A stretch of DNA of 46,175 nt from Candidatus Micrarchaeota archaeon (GCA_032123335.1 JAQBFN010000007.1:1-46175); one strand, 5' to 3'; positions 9,548 to 18,672 are shown, counted from the stretch's first letter. The notes: generated by a model not told the origin, from the sequence alone. Numbers and translations: made by a program.

Positions 9548-10284
9548 AAGCAGTAGTATTATGCGGAGGAGAAGGAACAAGGCTCAGGCCTTACACATAC
9601 ACAGTCCCAAAGCCCATGCTTTGGCTTGGGGGAAGGCATATCCTGGAATATGCAATTGAGCACCTCAGGAAGAGCGGAATAACCGACATCATCCTCTCAG
9701 TTGGATACCTCAAGGAACAGATAATGGATCATTTTGGGGACGGAAGCCAGTTTGGAGTGAACATTGAATATTTTGTAGAGGATGAAGCCCTCTCTACTGC
9801 AGGCGCGCTCTACCCGCACAAAAACAAGCTCAAGGATGAGAGATTTCTTGTATTCATGGGAGACCACGTAACAAACATAAACATCGAGAAGTTCATAAAA
9901 ACCCATGAAAAAACCGGGGCAATTGCAACAATTGCAGCAAAGAAAAAGAAAACCCCCCTGGAATACGGAGTAATTGAAGCAAACGAGAGATCCAAGATTG
10001 TAAAAAGCTTCCAGGAAAAGCCCGTAATGAATTACCTAATCAACACCGGGATGTACATTCTGGAGCCCAAGGCCCTGGATTACATAAAGCCCAGGGAAGA
10101 CTTTGCAAAGGATGTTTTCCCAAGAATGCTTGAAGCAAAGGAAAAGCTCGCAGTGTACAAGTTCAGCAGGGAATACTGGATAGATATCGGAAGGGTAAAA
10201 GACTACGAAAGAATGAGGGAACTCTTCAGCGTAATCGACCTTGCCCGTGACCTGTCCCCGCCCCTAGACACGTACGAAGAGTAG
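9544..10284 (+). CDS. sugar-1-phosphate nucleotidyltransferase (NTP_transferase family)
   Basis: MKAVVLCGGEGTRLRPYT..PKPM, INTGMY, WIDIG; ATGA coupling to DUF92. Confidence 0.92.
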   Translation: MKAVVLCGGEGTRLRPYTYTVPKPMLWLGGRHILEYAIEHLRKSGITDIILSVGYLKEQIMDHFGDGSQFGVNIEYFVEDEALSTAGALYPHKNKLKDERFLVFMGDHVTNINIEKFIKTHEKTGAIATIAAKKKKTPLEYGVIEANERSKIVKSFQEKPVMNYLINTGMYILEPKALDYIKPREDFAKDVFPRMLEAKEKLAVYKFSREYWIDIGRVKDYERMRELFSVIDLARDLSPPLDTYEE

Positions 10285-11253
10285 GATTACCCCTACTCCC
10301 ACAATCAGCTGCAGGAACATCATCACTAAAACTAATTGGTATTCTTCTATTCCCCCAGTGAGCTTCAGCACCAAATCAATGAGGCCCCTTGGCCTTCCCT
10401 TTGGAGCAACGAGTTTCCCATATTTCAGCCCCACAAATGTTTTTGGGAACTTATTGGGCAACTTAATCAGGAAGTCCAGCACATATAATGCAAGAATAAG
10501 TGCCCCTGCACTCTCCAGGTTCCCTATGATCACCCCGGTCGCAAGCACAGCCCCAATCATGAGGGTTCCCACATCCCCCGGGAAAACACTTGCAGGATAC
10601 CAGTTTTTTGGAAGGAACCCAAGCAATGCCCCCAGCATTGGAATAAATAGCACAAGCATTTCCGGTATTCCATGCACCCATGCAATTATGCTCAAGCAAG
10701 CAAACACAACAGCGCCCATTCCCGCTTCAAGCCCGTTGAATCCCGCAAGCATATTTGTAAGGTTTGAAGCAACCGCAATTCCCACAGGAAGCAGAATCAG
10801 GATATACAGAATCCCAAAATCCACCATCCCTATAAACGGAAGAACCATGGAAGTGCTTCCCGCAGCCTTCACCGCAATCAATGGAATCGCAGAAAGCAGG
10901 GGAATGAATGCCTTTGCCCACTGTGGAACATCAAGAATATCATCAAGTATCCCGATAAACGCAAGCGTCTGTATCGTAAGCAGCCCCGCAAGCACAAAAA
11001 CAATATTGAAACTAAGCCCACTGAACGTGCTCAGCATAATCGCAAGCAATATCCCCGCAGAGAAGCCCACAACAATTGAAATCCCCCCCATCTCCGCAAC
11101 TTCAGGATGGTGGGCCTTGTGCATGTCCTTCCCAACAAACCCAAACCTCTTCAGCCTGGGAACAAGCGCCATGGAAAACGCATAGCTGGTCCCTATTGAA
11201 ACCAGGAAAATGGCAAGATACGCAAAAATCTCATTCTCAAAAATTGAAAGCAA
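10264..11253 (-). CDS. polyprenyl-phosphate GlcNAc-1-phosphate transferase (GT4 MraY/AglH/GPT-like)
   Basis: GKDMHK..VAEMGG, GILDD, NMLAGFNGLEAG, VFPGDVG; about 10 TM segments. Confidence 0.92.
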   Translation of the reverse strand: MLSIFENEIFAYLAIFLVSIGTSYAFSMALVPRLKRFGFVGKDMHKAHHPEVAEMGGISIVVGFSAGILLAIMLSTFSGLSFNIVFVLAGLLTIQTLAFIGILDDILDVPQWAKAFIPLLSAIPLIAVKAAGSTSMVLPFIGMVDFGILYILILLPVGIAVASNLTNMLAGFNGLEAGMGAVVFACLSIIAWVHGIPEMLVLFIPMLGALLGFLPKNWYPASVFPGDVGTLMIGAVLATGVIIGNLESAGALILALYVLDFLIKLPNKFPKTFVGLKYGKLVAPKGRPRGLIDLVLKLTGGIEEYQLVLVMMFLQLIVGVGVILLFVRV

Positions 11254-12510
11254 CTATCCACCCCTCAATTCCCCGAGTATTTCCTTTGCAGCCTCAGCAG
11301 AGTACGCATTTCTCTCCACCATCTTTTCCACAACCTTCTCCACTTCATCTTCATTTGCCCCTGCAACCACCGCAAGGTTTGCTGCATGGAGCTTCATGTG
11401 CCCCTTCTGTATCCCCACAGTTGAAAGCGCATGCAGCGCTGCAAAATTCTGCGCAAGCCCCACAGCTGCCATAACCATGGAAAGCTCCTGCGCACCCTTC
11501 ACATCCAGAATCTTGAGCGAAATTCCTGCAATTGGATTAGTTCCAATCGCACCGCCCACAGTCCCCACAGTAAGCGGAAGCTCAATCTCCCCAACCAAAT
11601 CCCCATTTTCATTTTTGTAGAACTTATTCAGGGGTTTGTACCCATCCATTGCCGCATACGCATGCGCGGATGCCTCCACCGCCCTCCAGTCATTCCCGGT
11701 TGCAACCGCAACCGCATCCACCCCGTTCATTATCCCTTTGTTGTGCGTGCAGCACCTGTAAATGTCATTTGCAGCAAGCTCATACCCATCCAGCATCTTC
11801 TCAATTGCATCTTCCCCAACCACTTCCTTTTTCCAGACACATTTTGCCCGCGCCTTCCTCCTGGTTGCAAGGTTCGTAAGTATCCTCAGCCGCACCTCAC
11901 CCCCAACCTTTTCTTCAAGCAGAGGTGCAATCCCCTCAAGAAGAGTATTAATCGTGTTTGCGCCCATCGCATCCCGCACATCCACATAGAATACAGCAAC
12001 CAGCATCTTCCCCCTGGAAGTATCCAGAATGTGCGCCTCGCACTCCCGATACCCTCCCCCATACCTTTCCATCCCTGATGCAAGCTCTTTCGCTTTCGCA
12101 GCAATCTCTTCTTTATTAGAATTAAATTTCTCAAGTGCATCCCCAGGAACCCCAACAAGCTGCACCTGCCCGGTCATTACCGGCTCATCTGCATCAGCAG
12201 TAAACCCGCCGCATTTTGCAGCAAGCTTTGCAGCTTTCGCAGCCCCAGCCACAACCGAAGGCTCCTCTATGCACATCGGCACAACATATTCCTTCCCATT
12301 AATCACAAACCCAGGCACAAGCCCAAGCGGAAGATGGTTCACCCCAACCACATTCTCAATCATTCGGTTTGCAGTATCCAGGTCAAGTGCACCGGAGTCC
12401 AGGAGCACATTTGCCTCCTCATCACTAATCCCCCGCTCCCGCTTGAGTATCTCTATGCGCTCCTGAATAGTCCTTTTGTAGAATCCTGAGAATGCGCTCA
12501 TATGGTTCAT
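11254..12510 (-). CDS. mvaA: HMG-CoA reductase, class II
   Basis: MIENVVG, EEPSVVA, DAMGAN, RILTNL, THNKGIMNG, GNDWRAVEA, GIQKGHMKLH. Confidence 0.95.
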   Translation of the reverse strand: MNHMSAFSGFYKRTIQERIEILKRERGISDEEANVLLDSGALDLDTANRMIENVVGVNHLPLGLVPGFVINGKEYVVPMCIEEPSVVAGAAKAAKLAAKCGGFTADADEPVMTGQVQLVGVPGDALEKFNSNKEEIAAKAKELASGMERYGGGYRECEAHILDTSRGKMLVAVFYVDVRDAMGANTINTLLEGIAPLLEEKVGGEVRLRILTNLATRRKARAKCVWKKEVVGEDAIEKMLDGYELAANDIYRCCTHNKGIMNGVDAVAVATGNDWRAVEASAHAYAAMDGYKPLNKFYKNENGDLVGEIELPLTVGTVGGAIGTNPIAGISLKILDVKGAQELSMVMAAVGLAQNFAALHALSTVGIQKGHMKLHAANLAVVAGANEDEVEKVVEKMVERNAYSAEAAKEILGELRGG

Positions 12511-12535
12511 TTTAACCCAAAAACCTTTATTAATA

Positions 12536-12976
12536 CTATTTTTCCACAGAATCCAGCGCTTTTCCTATGTTCCCGAAGGCCTCATCAAATTCCTTCTCGT
12601 AAATCCTCCTGATTGCTTCCCGCAGCTTCTCCTTGTCCTTGGAGATAAAGTACTGCCCCTTCTCCCTCTGGATAAGCCCCATTCCAGCAAGCCTCTGCAT
12701 ATGGTAATACACTGTTTTCTCAGAAACAGAATCCTTCCTCTTCTTGCTCACCTTCTCGTAAATCTCTTTAGTGGTGGGCCTCTTCCCATGCGAAAACTCC
12801 TTCAGCAGCACATCCAGCACATCAATCACAATAGTCCTGCTTTCATTCGGTGAAATCAACCCCAAAGAAAGCGCAATCCAGCGCACAAGGGATTTGCGGG
12901 TAAGCCTCACATCATCTGTAAGCGCCATGTTTCGCACTACAAGCTCCCGCTTAATCAGCTCAGCCTCCGGAATCAT
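12536..12976 (-). CDS. winged-helix (ArsR-like) DNA-binding protein
   Basis: TTKEIYEKV...VSEKTVYYHMQRLAGMGLIQREKGQY. Confidence 0.75.
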   Translation of the reverse strand: MIPEAELIKRELVVRNMALTDDVRLTRKSLVRWIALSLGLISPNESRTIVIDVLDVLLKEFSHGKRPTTKEIYEKVSKKRKDSVSEKTVYYHMQRLAGMGLIQREKGQYFISKDKEKLREAIRRIYEKEFDEAFGNIGKALDSVEK

Positions 12977-13038
12977 CGAAATCTATTCACCCACAACAAT
13001 TAAATTCCTTAGTCACACCATATTCTATAGGTGGGCAA

Positions 13039-13392
13039 ATGAAAGTATCTCTAAGCACTTATCCTGAATCCGTGCCGGCATACCCCGGAAAAACAATAGA
13101 CCTCATTATAGATGCGAACTCCCGGAGCGAGAACGCAATCTGGCTTGAAGCCGAAATAACCCTTGAAGCCGGCCTCTCCCTCCAGGAGCACAAAAACGTT
13201 CACGCAGGAAGGTTCAGAGTAGGAATCTGCGAGGGAAGGGAATCATGTTCCAAGGCAATCAAGGTCTACACCGAGCACAACGTGCGCCCCCACCTCTACA
13301 AATGCCACGTTTCCGTTTTTGCATACAACAAGAAGGGCAACTCAAACGGAAGAATCGATGAACACACCCTAATCAAATGCGACTCCAAATAA
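13039..13392 (+). CDS. hypothetical beta-rich protein
   Basis: 117-aa ORF divergent from the wHTH gene; pattern resembles 7289..7726. Confidence 0.7.
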   Translation: MKVSLSTYPESVPAYPGKTIDLIIDANSRSENAIWLEAEITLEAGLSLQEHKNVHAGRFRVGICEGRESCSKAIKVYTEHNVRPHLYKCHVSVFAYNKKGNSNGRIDEHTLIKCDSK

Positions 13393-13415
13393 TCAGCAGC
13401 AGAAGACAAAGGAGT

Positions 13416-13521
13416 AGCGTAACGCGGGCCATGTTTTCTTGAGCTCTGCTCAAGAGAAGCGACATAATGTCGCTAAGATTATAAAATTTTTACGGCAGCT
13501 TAAAACAACAGAAAAAAATTT
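13416..13521. repeat. tRNA 3'-trailer repeat, copy 1 (interrupted by 42-nt element)
   Basis: With 13437-13478 removed, 57 of 64 nt match 13688-13751. Confidence 0.9.
13437..13478 (+). mobile_element. double-hairpin mini-element, copy B (insertion relative to empty site)
   Basis: TCTTGAGC-tct-GCTCAAGA GA AGCGACA-taa-TGTCGCT AAGA; absent from paralogous repeat 13688-13751. Confidence 0.65.
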
Positions 13522-13596
13522 TAGCGGGAGATGGATTTGAACCATCGACCTCCGGGTTATGAGCCCGGCGGGAACTCCAGACTCCCCTATCCCGCT
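13522..13596 (-). tRNA. initiator tRNA-Met (CAT)
   Basis: Reverse complement AGCGGGA...CCGGG-CT CAT AA-CCCGG...TCCCGCT-A; A1-U72 and three G-C pairs in the anticodon stem are archaeal initiator features. Confidence 0.95.
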
Positions 13597-13687
13597 GCAT
13601 TATGTTTAAGGAGTTGCTATTGTTAAAGTCCATTCGTCTTTATAAATATACCCAATGGATTCGTTTCTCCCGTAAAACAAAAAGACC

Positions 13688-13751
13688 AGCGTAACACGGG
13701 TTATGTTTTTATAAAATTTTTACGACAGCGTAAACCAGCAGAAAAAAATTT
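13688..13751. repeat. tRNA 3'-trailer repeat, copy 2 (empty site)
   Basis: agcgtaacacgggttatgttt-ttataaaatttttacgacagcgtaaaccagcagaaaaaaattt abuts the tRNA-Ala 3' end. Confidence 0.9.
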
Positions 13752-13911
13752 TGGACTTAGGGGGATTCGCACCCCCGGCCTCTCGCGTTCTAGCAGGCAA
13801 TCCTTTATCCAACGTTGCTGGAGGGAGCGCACGGGGGGGTGCGCAGGTAGCAACGTTGTAGGACGGACAGCCTGTTGCAAGGCGAGCGCTCTACTGCTGA
13901 GCTATAAGCCC
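13752..13911 (-). tRNA. tRNA-Ala (TGC) with 88-nt intron at 37/38 (13788-13875)
   Basis: Acceptor GGGCTTA/TAAGTCC-A with G3-U70; anticodon arm CTCGC-CT TGC A^C-GCGAG; BHB CTTG/CTAG (one U-U) with bulges CAA and AAC; 72-nt mature form. Confidence 0.92.
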
Positions 13912-13977
13912 TTAATGCCTCAAATTGACTCTTTTGAAGTTTGAAAATAATGAGGCGAAATACTTAAAAGCTAAGCT

Positions 13978-14946
13978 TCACTCCTGCCCATTATCCTTAA
14001 TTACGCTAAATGGCTTTCTCCTTTCCACATAAATAGTAGCCACTCCAACCTCAAGCGTGGTAAGCACGTCCTTTGCAAGCAGGAGCGCTTCATCCACCTT
14101 CTCCATCTTCTCCAGGTATTCCAAAGTTTCCGGGCAAATGTAAATCTCCTCCCCAGTTCCATCAAGCTCAATTTTCCCGAGCATTTGCCCTTTGAACCAT
14201 TTTATGAGATCCTCTCTTCCAATGCCTGGAGAACCCTCGCTCCTCCTAAGGACCATCATCTTCCCAGATTTCCCTTCATGCCCCGCAAGCTCTTTTTCAC
14301 ATGCAAATATCTCAGATACAAGTTCATCATATCTCTCGAGCTTTTCATCTATGCGGGTAAATTCCTCCGCTTCCCAAATCTGCTTTGCAAAGTCCCTGGC
14401 TTCTTCCAGCACAACCAAAATGGCGCGCATAAGCGTGGGTCCCCCGGCAGCCTCATTCCTGAGGTCTATGCTCCCCGGGCAGCCCTTGTCCAGGTTGTTG
14501 ATTAGTTTTGTGGCAGTTCTTTTTTCATTGAAATTAATGCAAAAGTGGTCCTTCATTTCCCTGAACTTTGATATGATTTTTTCCTTGCGGATGCTTACGA
14601 TTTTTTCTGAAGGAACCCCGTAATCACCATCGATTGGCCTCAGCCTGGCCACTGCCCTCTCCTTTGGCTTAAGTCCTTTCCTGATTCCCAATACCTGGTC
14701 CAGGTCATCTTCAATCTCTTCTGAAATAGCCTTATACTGCTCCAGCGCTTTAGGGTCAACATCTGGAATTAGTAACGAGTACCTTGATGCCAAGGCACCC
14801 AACAATGCTTTTTTTACTGGGGGGATTGACGAATGCCTCATCCGTGTTCCCCTATTCATTTTCCCGGCGTGTACTGTTGCCGGTCCAGGGGGGACAGTAG
14901 AAACTGGCTTTGGCCCTCTGGGTTCCCCTGGCATCTCTTTAACCAT
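13978..14946 (-). CDS. hypothetical protein
   Basis: 322-aa ORF with Pro/basic disordered N-terminus and helical body; TATA-like box near 14970. Confidence 0.7.
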   Translation of the reverse strand: MVKEMPGEPRGPKPVSTVPPGPATVHAGKMNRGTRMRHSSIPPVKKALLGALASRYSLLIPDVDPKALEQYKAISEEIEDDLDQVLGIRKGLKPKERAVARLRPIDGDYGVPSEKIVSIRKEKIISKFREMKDHFCINFNEKRTATKLINNLDKGCPGSIDLRNEAAGGPTLMRAILVVLEEARDFAKQIWEAEEFTRIDEKLERYDELVSEIFACEKELAGHEGKSGKMMVLRRSEGSPGIGREDLIKWFKGQMLGKIELDGTGEEIYICPETLEYLEKMEKVDEALLLAKDVLTTLEVGVATIYVERRKPFSVIKDNGQE

Positions 14947-14983
14947 GGTGATTATTCGTGTATGACTATGTTTAAATAATTAA

Positions 14984-15577
14984 CTATTTGCGGGCAAACA
15001 CAAGGTACGCAGTGTGCGTAAGCCCCACATGCTTTGGCCGCACCCCATATACCCGCACCTCATACTCCCGTACAATGCTCTCAAGCATGAACACATCCGA
15101 GAACTTCTCCCCTTCGCACGCAAGGTAGAACTCCTTTGCCTGCTCCATATTCGGCAGGAACCCCACAAGGTATCCATCCTTTACAAGTGCCTTGTACCCA
15201 TGCCCCACAGCCTTATTCGCCTCAGGCATATCCAAAAGCACCAAATCCACCCCTTTCTCAGTTATCCCCTTCTCCAGCAGGTCCCCTTTCTTTATTTTCA
15301 CGTTCTTGAGCCCAGCCTTCTCCACGTTCTTTTTCGCAAGTTCGCAGAATTCCCCATTTCTCTCGTAGGAAACAACACTCTTCACTATGTTTCCCAGCAC
15401 AATGGTTGCAAATGCGGAGCCTGCCCCGGCCTCAACAACCTTGCTTTTCTTCCCAATTCCCGTATAGGACACAACCATCCCTATGTCCTTGGGTATAATG
15501 ACTGCAGGGCCTCTTTTCATGCCCTTCAGAATCTGTGGAAATCTAATCTCTACCCCCTGCCTCTTTTTTCTTGCCAT
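14984..15577 (-). CDS. trmI: tRNA (adenine-N1)-methyltransferase, TrmI/GCD14 type
   Basis: KRGPAVIIPKD, VVEAGAGS, VVSYER, LDMPE, HTAYLVFARK; likely start MARKK at 15577. Confidence 0.88.
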   Translation of the reverse strand: MARKKRQGVEIRFPQILKGMKRGPAVIIPKDIGMVVSYTGIGKKSKVVEAGAGSAFATIVLGNIVKSVVSYERNGEFCELAKKNVEKAGLKNVKIKKGDLLEKGITEKGVDLVLLDMPEANKAVGHGYKALVKDGYLVGFLPNMEQAKEFYLACEGEKFSDVFMLESIVREYEVRVYGVRPKHVGLTHTAYLVFARK

Positions 15578-15724
15578 GCCGTTAGTGTGAATGCCAATGC
15601 TTAATAGTATTTTGGGAACAGTGCATGTTTTTTGAAGTTTTTCTGTGCCCATTATATCCCTAGAAAAATAACTTATCTTTATAAACTTTACTTTCCACAA
15701 TTTATTACTAATTATGGTGATATA

Positions 15725-17155
15725 ATGAACAGAACAACTGGATCTATTGATAAGGAGGAAATTATGGGGAAGGGGAGGCGCCCCGTGGGACGCACAGAGA
15801 ATAGGAGTTCCACAGGAAGGCACGGGCAGAAAATGCCTGGAACTGTTTCTGATGAAGAAATCCAGCTCGGAAGAGCCGGAACCATTATCCGCGCCATTGG
15901 CACCGTTGCAAAGAAAGCAGGCCAGGCAACAGCAGTACTTGTTCTCGCTTGTGCAGTGGGAAGCGCAGTTGCATGCAGCGAAGGAGGGGGCCTCAAGGTT
16001 CAGCCTGACTCTGGAATGGATACGGATACTGACTCTGAAGTTGATACTGATACGGATACTGATACTGAGCCGTTGGGCCCGGAATGCGGCATTTATGAAG
16101 GTGCAGACCACGAAACTGTGCTTGCAAAAGATGAAAGAGAGCTCCTCGGGCCCGTTGGGCATTGGATGGAAGTTGTAAACCTTAGTTTCAATGAACAGGT
16201 TGCCGAAGTAATGTTTATGAATGAAGGATGGGAGAATGTTAATTTCGACGGAGAAGTAGTTGAAGATGGCGACCTTGCATCATACTTCATGTTCGACCTT
16301 GAGGACAAAGCAACAGTAACTGTGAATATGGGCGGAACCGAGCAGACAATTACTCTTTGTGGGGTATACGAGCTTGAAGACGGAACACTTATAGCACACT
16401 TAATTATTGACAATGAAGACGGGTTTATGCATTGTGCATATGTGGATTCTGGCAGCCTTGCAGATGCAGGGGAATACGCGTTCAATGCCGTAACGACTCA
16501 ATCAGTACGGGTAATGAGCCACAGCCACGGCTTCATCCCTGACCTTGAAACGGGAGAAGACGAGGAATGCCCCGGCTCTGTGCAGGACTTTATATACGAA
16601 GAGTCCAGTTATGTTGAGGGCGCTTCTGAACCTATCGATGTGGGGCTTGTTCCTGGGCCAGGACTGAGCTTTAGCAACATGGTCAGGATGAGGGGCACTG
16701 CATTCCATTTCTGCGAAACTGGCGTGGACGCAGCTACCAATAGCGCGTACATGAAAGTTGCAGAGGGCCAGGAGAGCGATACTCTTACTGCATTCTTCCA
16801 AACAATCGAAGTGGATAATCTCGAGGTTACATGGACAGGTGGAGGCGCAAGCGGAGATCCTCTGTTTTCCTATGATTACCCTGGAGCAACATACATCTCC
16901 GAAGAGGATGTTTCTGCAAATGAGAAGATCGTGCGTGTTTGGGTTGGAGGCGATGTATTGAAATTCAACCTGCGATTTAGCACTCTTGGGTTTGTAGGAA
17001 ATGATCTTTCGATTACAGTGCTTTCAGGCCTACAGACTCTAAGGCAGGGGAACCGGGTACTGGTAAACGGAGAAACCTACGATGTGGATCTTTACACAAC
17101 CACGGGCCAGGAAATAGACGGATTCAGGCTTACTCCGGTAGTTGAAGAGGACTAA
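15725..17155 (+). CDS. acidic secreted or lipid-anchored hypothetical protein
   Basis: Long basic N-region, hydrophobic AVLVLACAVGSAVAC, DT repeat, acidic beta-rich body; T-rich terminator follows. Confidence 0.75.
   Translation: MNRTTGSIDKEEIMGKGRRPVGRTENRSSTGRHGQKMPGTVSDEEIQLGRAGTIIRAIGTVAKKAGQATAVLVLACAVGSAVACSEGGGLKVQPDSGMDTDTDSEVDTDTDTDTEPLGPECGIYEGADHETVLAKDERELLGPVGHWMEVVNLSFNEQVAEVMFMNEGWENVNFDGEVVEDGDLASYFMFDLEDKATVTVNMGGTEQTITLCGVYELEDGTLIAHLIIDNEDGFMHCAYVDSGSLADAGEYAFNAVTTQSVRVMSHSHGFIPDLETGEDEECPGSVQDFIYEESSYVEGASEPIDVGLVPGPGLSFSNMVRMRGTAFHFCETGVDAATNSAYMKVAEGQESDTLTAFFQTIEVDNLEVTWTGGGASGDPLFSYDYPGATYISEEDVSANEKIVRVWVGGDVLKFNLRFSTLGFVGNDLSITVLSGLQTLRQGNRVLVNGETYDVDLYTTTGQEIDGFRLTPVVEED
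16019..16069 (+). repeat. Asp-Thr coding microrepeat (GATACK)n
   Basis: gatacggatactgactctgaagttgatactgatacggatactgatactgag. Confidence 0.85.
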
Positions 17156-17246
17156 TCCTCTTTTTTCATTTTCTTTCTTTATTTTTGATTAGGAAGTTTA
17201 CAAATTCCAAAAGCAAACAAATTTTTGCAAATTTATTCTCTAATAT

Positions 17247-17687
17247 TCAGCCTTTCATTTTTTCCCGGTAGTCAACAAGCTTTTTCTCCAGTCCCTTATC
17301 CTGCAGCGCAAGAATCTGCAGCGCAAGCAGTGCAGCATTCTGTCCATTGTCTATCCCCACTGCTGCGACCGGGATTCCCGGAGGCATCTGCACAATGCTC
17401 AGCAATGCATCCATTCCATCCAGCTTTGCGGAAACCGGGACCCCAATAACAGGTGTAAGCGTATGGGCCGCAACAACCCCTGGAAGCGCGGCAGACAGCC
17501 CCGCAACAGCAACAATAACGTCAGCAAAAGTGCTCTTCACGAGTTTCTCCACTTTCTGGGGATTCCTGTGCGCGGATGCAACCTCATATTTATATTCCAC
17601 CCCAAACTCATCCAGCAGATGAGTAATCTTCTTCACAATCTCCTCATCGCTCTTGCTACCGGAAATAATCAGGATTTTCTCTGTCAT
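17247..17687 (-). CDS. purE: AIR carboxylase / N5-CAIR mutase
   Basis: [48 protein letters not shown]. Confidence 0.95.
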   Translation of the reverse strand: MTEKILIISGSKSDEEIVKKITHLLDEFGVEYKYEVASAHRNPQKVEKLVKSTFADVIVAVAGLSAALPGVVAAHTLTPVIGVPVSAKLDGMDALLSIVQMPPGIPVAAVGIDNGQNAALLALQILALQDKGLEKKLVDYREKMKG

Positions 17688-17740
17688 GCTATTCTAAAGA
17701 TTGGAAACATTAAAATAATGATTTACCCCACAATCTGCAT

Positions 17741-18061
17741 ATGACGCTCAAGCCTTCCCAGAGACTGAAGAAGCGCTACCTCTCCTTCACCCTAAAAGGG
17801 GATTTCACGGAGGATGAGCTTTCGCACGCGCTCTACAAATACTCGCTCAGGTTCTTTGGGGAGTATGGGCTCTCCTCCCGCACAATCAAGCTAATTGAAT
17901 TCAATGGAAAGGAGGGAATCCTCCTCGTAAACAGGGATTCTGCAGAAGAAGTTCTCGGGATGCTCGCACTGGTAAATGAGCTTGCAGGAAAGCCCGCCCA
18001 CCTGACCTCAAAGCGCACCAGCGGCACCCTTTCTTCGCTCAAAGAGAAAGATAAGGATTAA
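17741..18061 (+). CDS. rnp2: ribonuclease P protein component, Pop5/Rpp14 family
   Basis: LKPSQR.KKRYL.F, FFGEYG, TSGT motifs. Confidence 0.85.
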   Translation: MTLKPSQRLKKRYLSFTLKGDFTEDELSHALYKYSLRFFGEYGLSSRTIKLIEFNGKEGILLVNRDSAEEVLGMLALVNELAGKPAHLTSKRTSGTLSSLKEKDKD

Positions 18062-18086
18062 AAGTCCATAGTTCTATTTTTTACCC

Positions 18087-18662
18087 ATGACACTTGAGAT
18101 GGGAGGAACCCTTTGCATTGGGGCAATAGTTGTTGGTGGAGCGATACTCGTAGCAGGCATTCTTTATTTTGTGTATAACCGCCTGGTTACACTCAAGAAC
18201 AGGGCTGAGAACGCATGGGCGCAGATTGACGTGCAGCTCAAGAAGAGGAACGACCTCGTTCCAAATCTTGTGGAAACAGTAAAGGGATATGCAACGCACG
18301 AGAAGAGTGTATTTGAAAACGTTACAAAAGCAAGGGCCCAGATGATGGCCGCAGGCACAGTTGAAGGAAAGGCAAAGGCAAGCAACATGCTTACAGGTGC
18401 ACTCAAATCCCTGTTTGCAGTTTCCGAGAACTACCCCGACCTGAAGGCAAGCAAAAACTTCATGATGCTCCAGGAAGAGCTTTCCGGAATTGAGAACAAG
18501 ATTGCATATTCAAGGACTGCTTACAACGATTCGGTTTACCACTACAACAACACGCAGCAGGTCCTCCCCTATGTACTTCTTGCAGGGCTCCTGGGGCACA
18601 AGAAGCAGGAATACTTCGAAACTGCAGAAGCGGAAAAGAAGGTGCCCACAGTTAAGTTCTGA
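18087..18662 (+). CDS. lemA: LemA family protein
   Basis: YNRLV...[51 protein letters not shown]. Confidence 0.96.
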   Translation: MTLEMGGTLCIGAIVVGGAILVAGILYFVYNRLVTLKNRAENAWAQIDVQLKKRNDLVPNLVETVKGYATHEKSVFENVTKARAQMMAAGTVEGKAKASNMLTGALKSLFAVSENYPDLKASKNFMMLQEELSGIENKIAYSRTAYNDSVYHYNNTQQVLPYVLLAGLLGHKKQEYFETAEAEKKVPTVKF

Positions 18663-18672
18663 GTGAATCCAG

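Noticed and set aside
10358-11185. 275-aa antisense ORF, and similar ones at 37149..38168, 4338..5057, 11431..12078 and 45012..45662
   Set aside because: Shadow frames of well-supported genes with no motifs of their own
15578-16162. Long N-terminal extension of trmI in the ORF track
   Set aside because: Crosses the AT-rich divergent promoter region and is antisense to the 15725 gene
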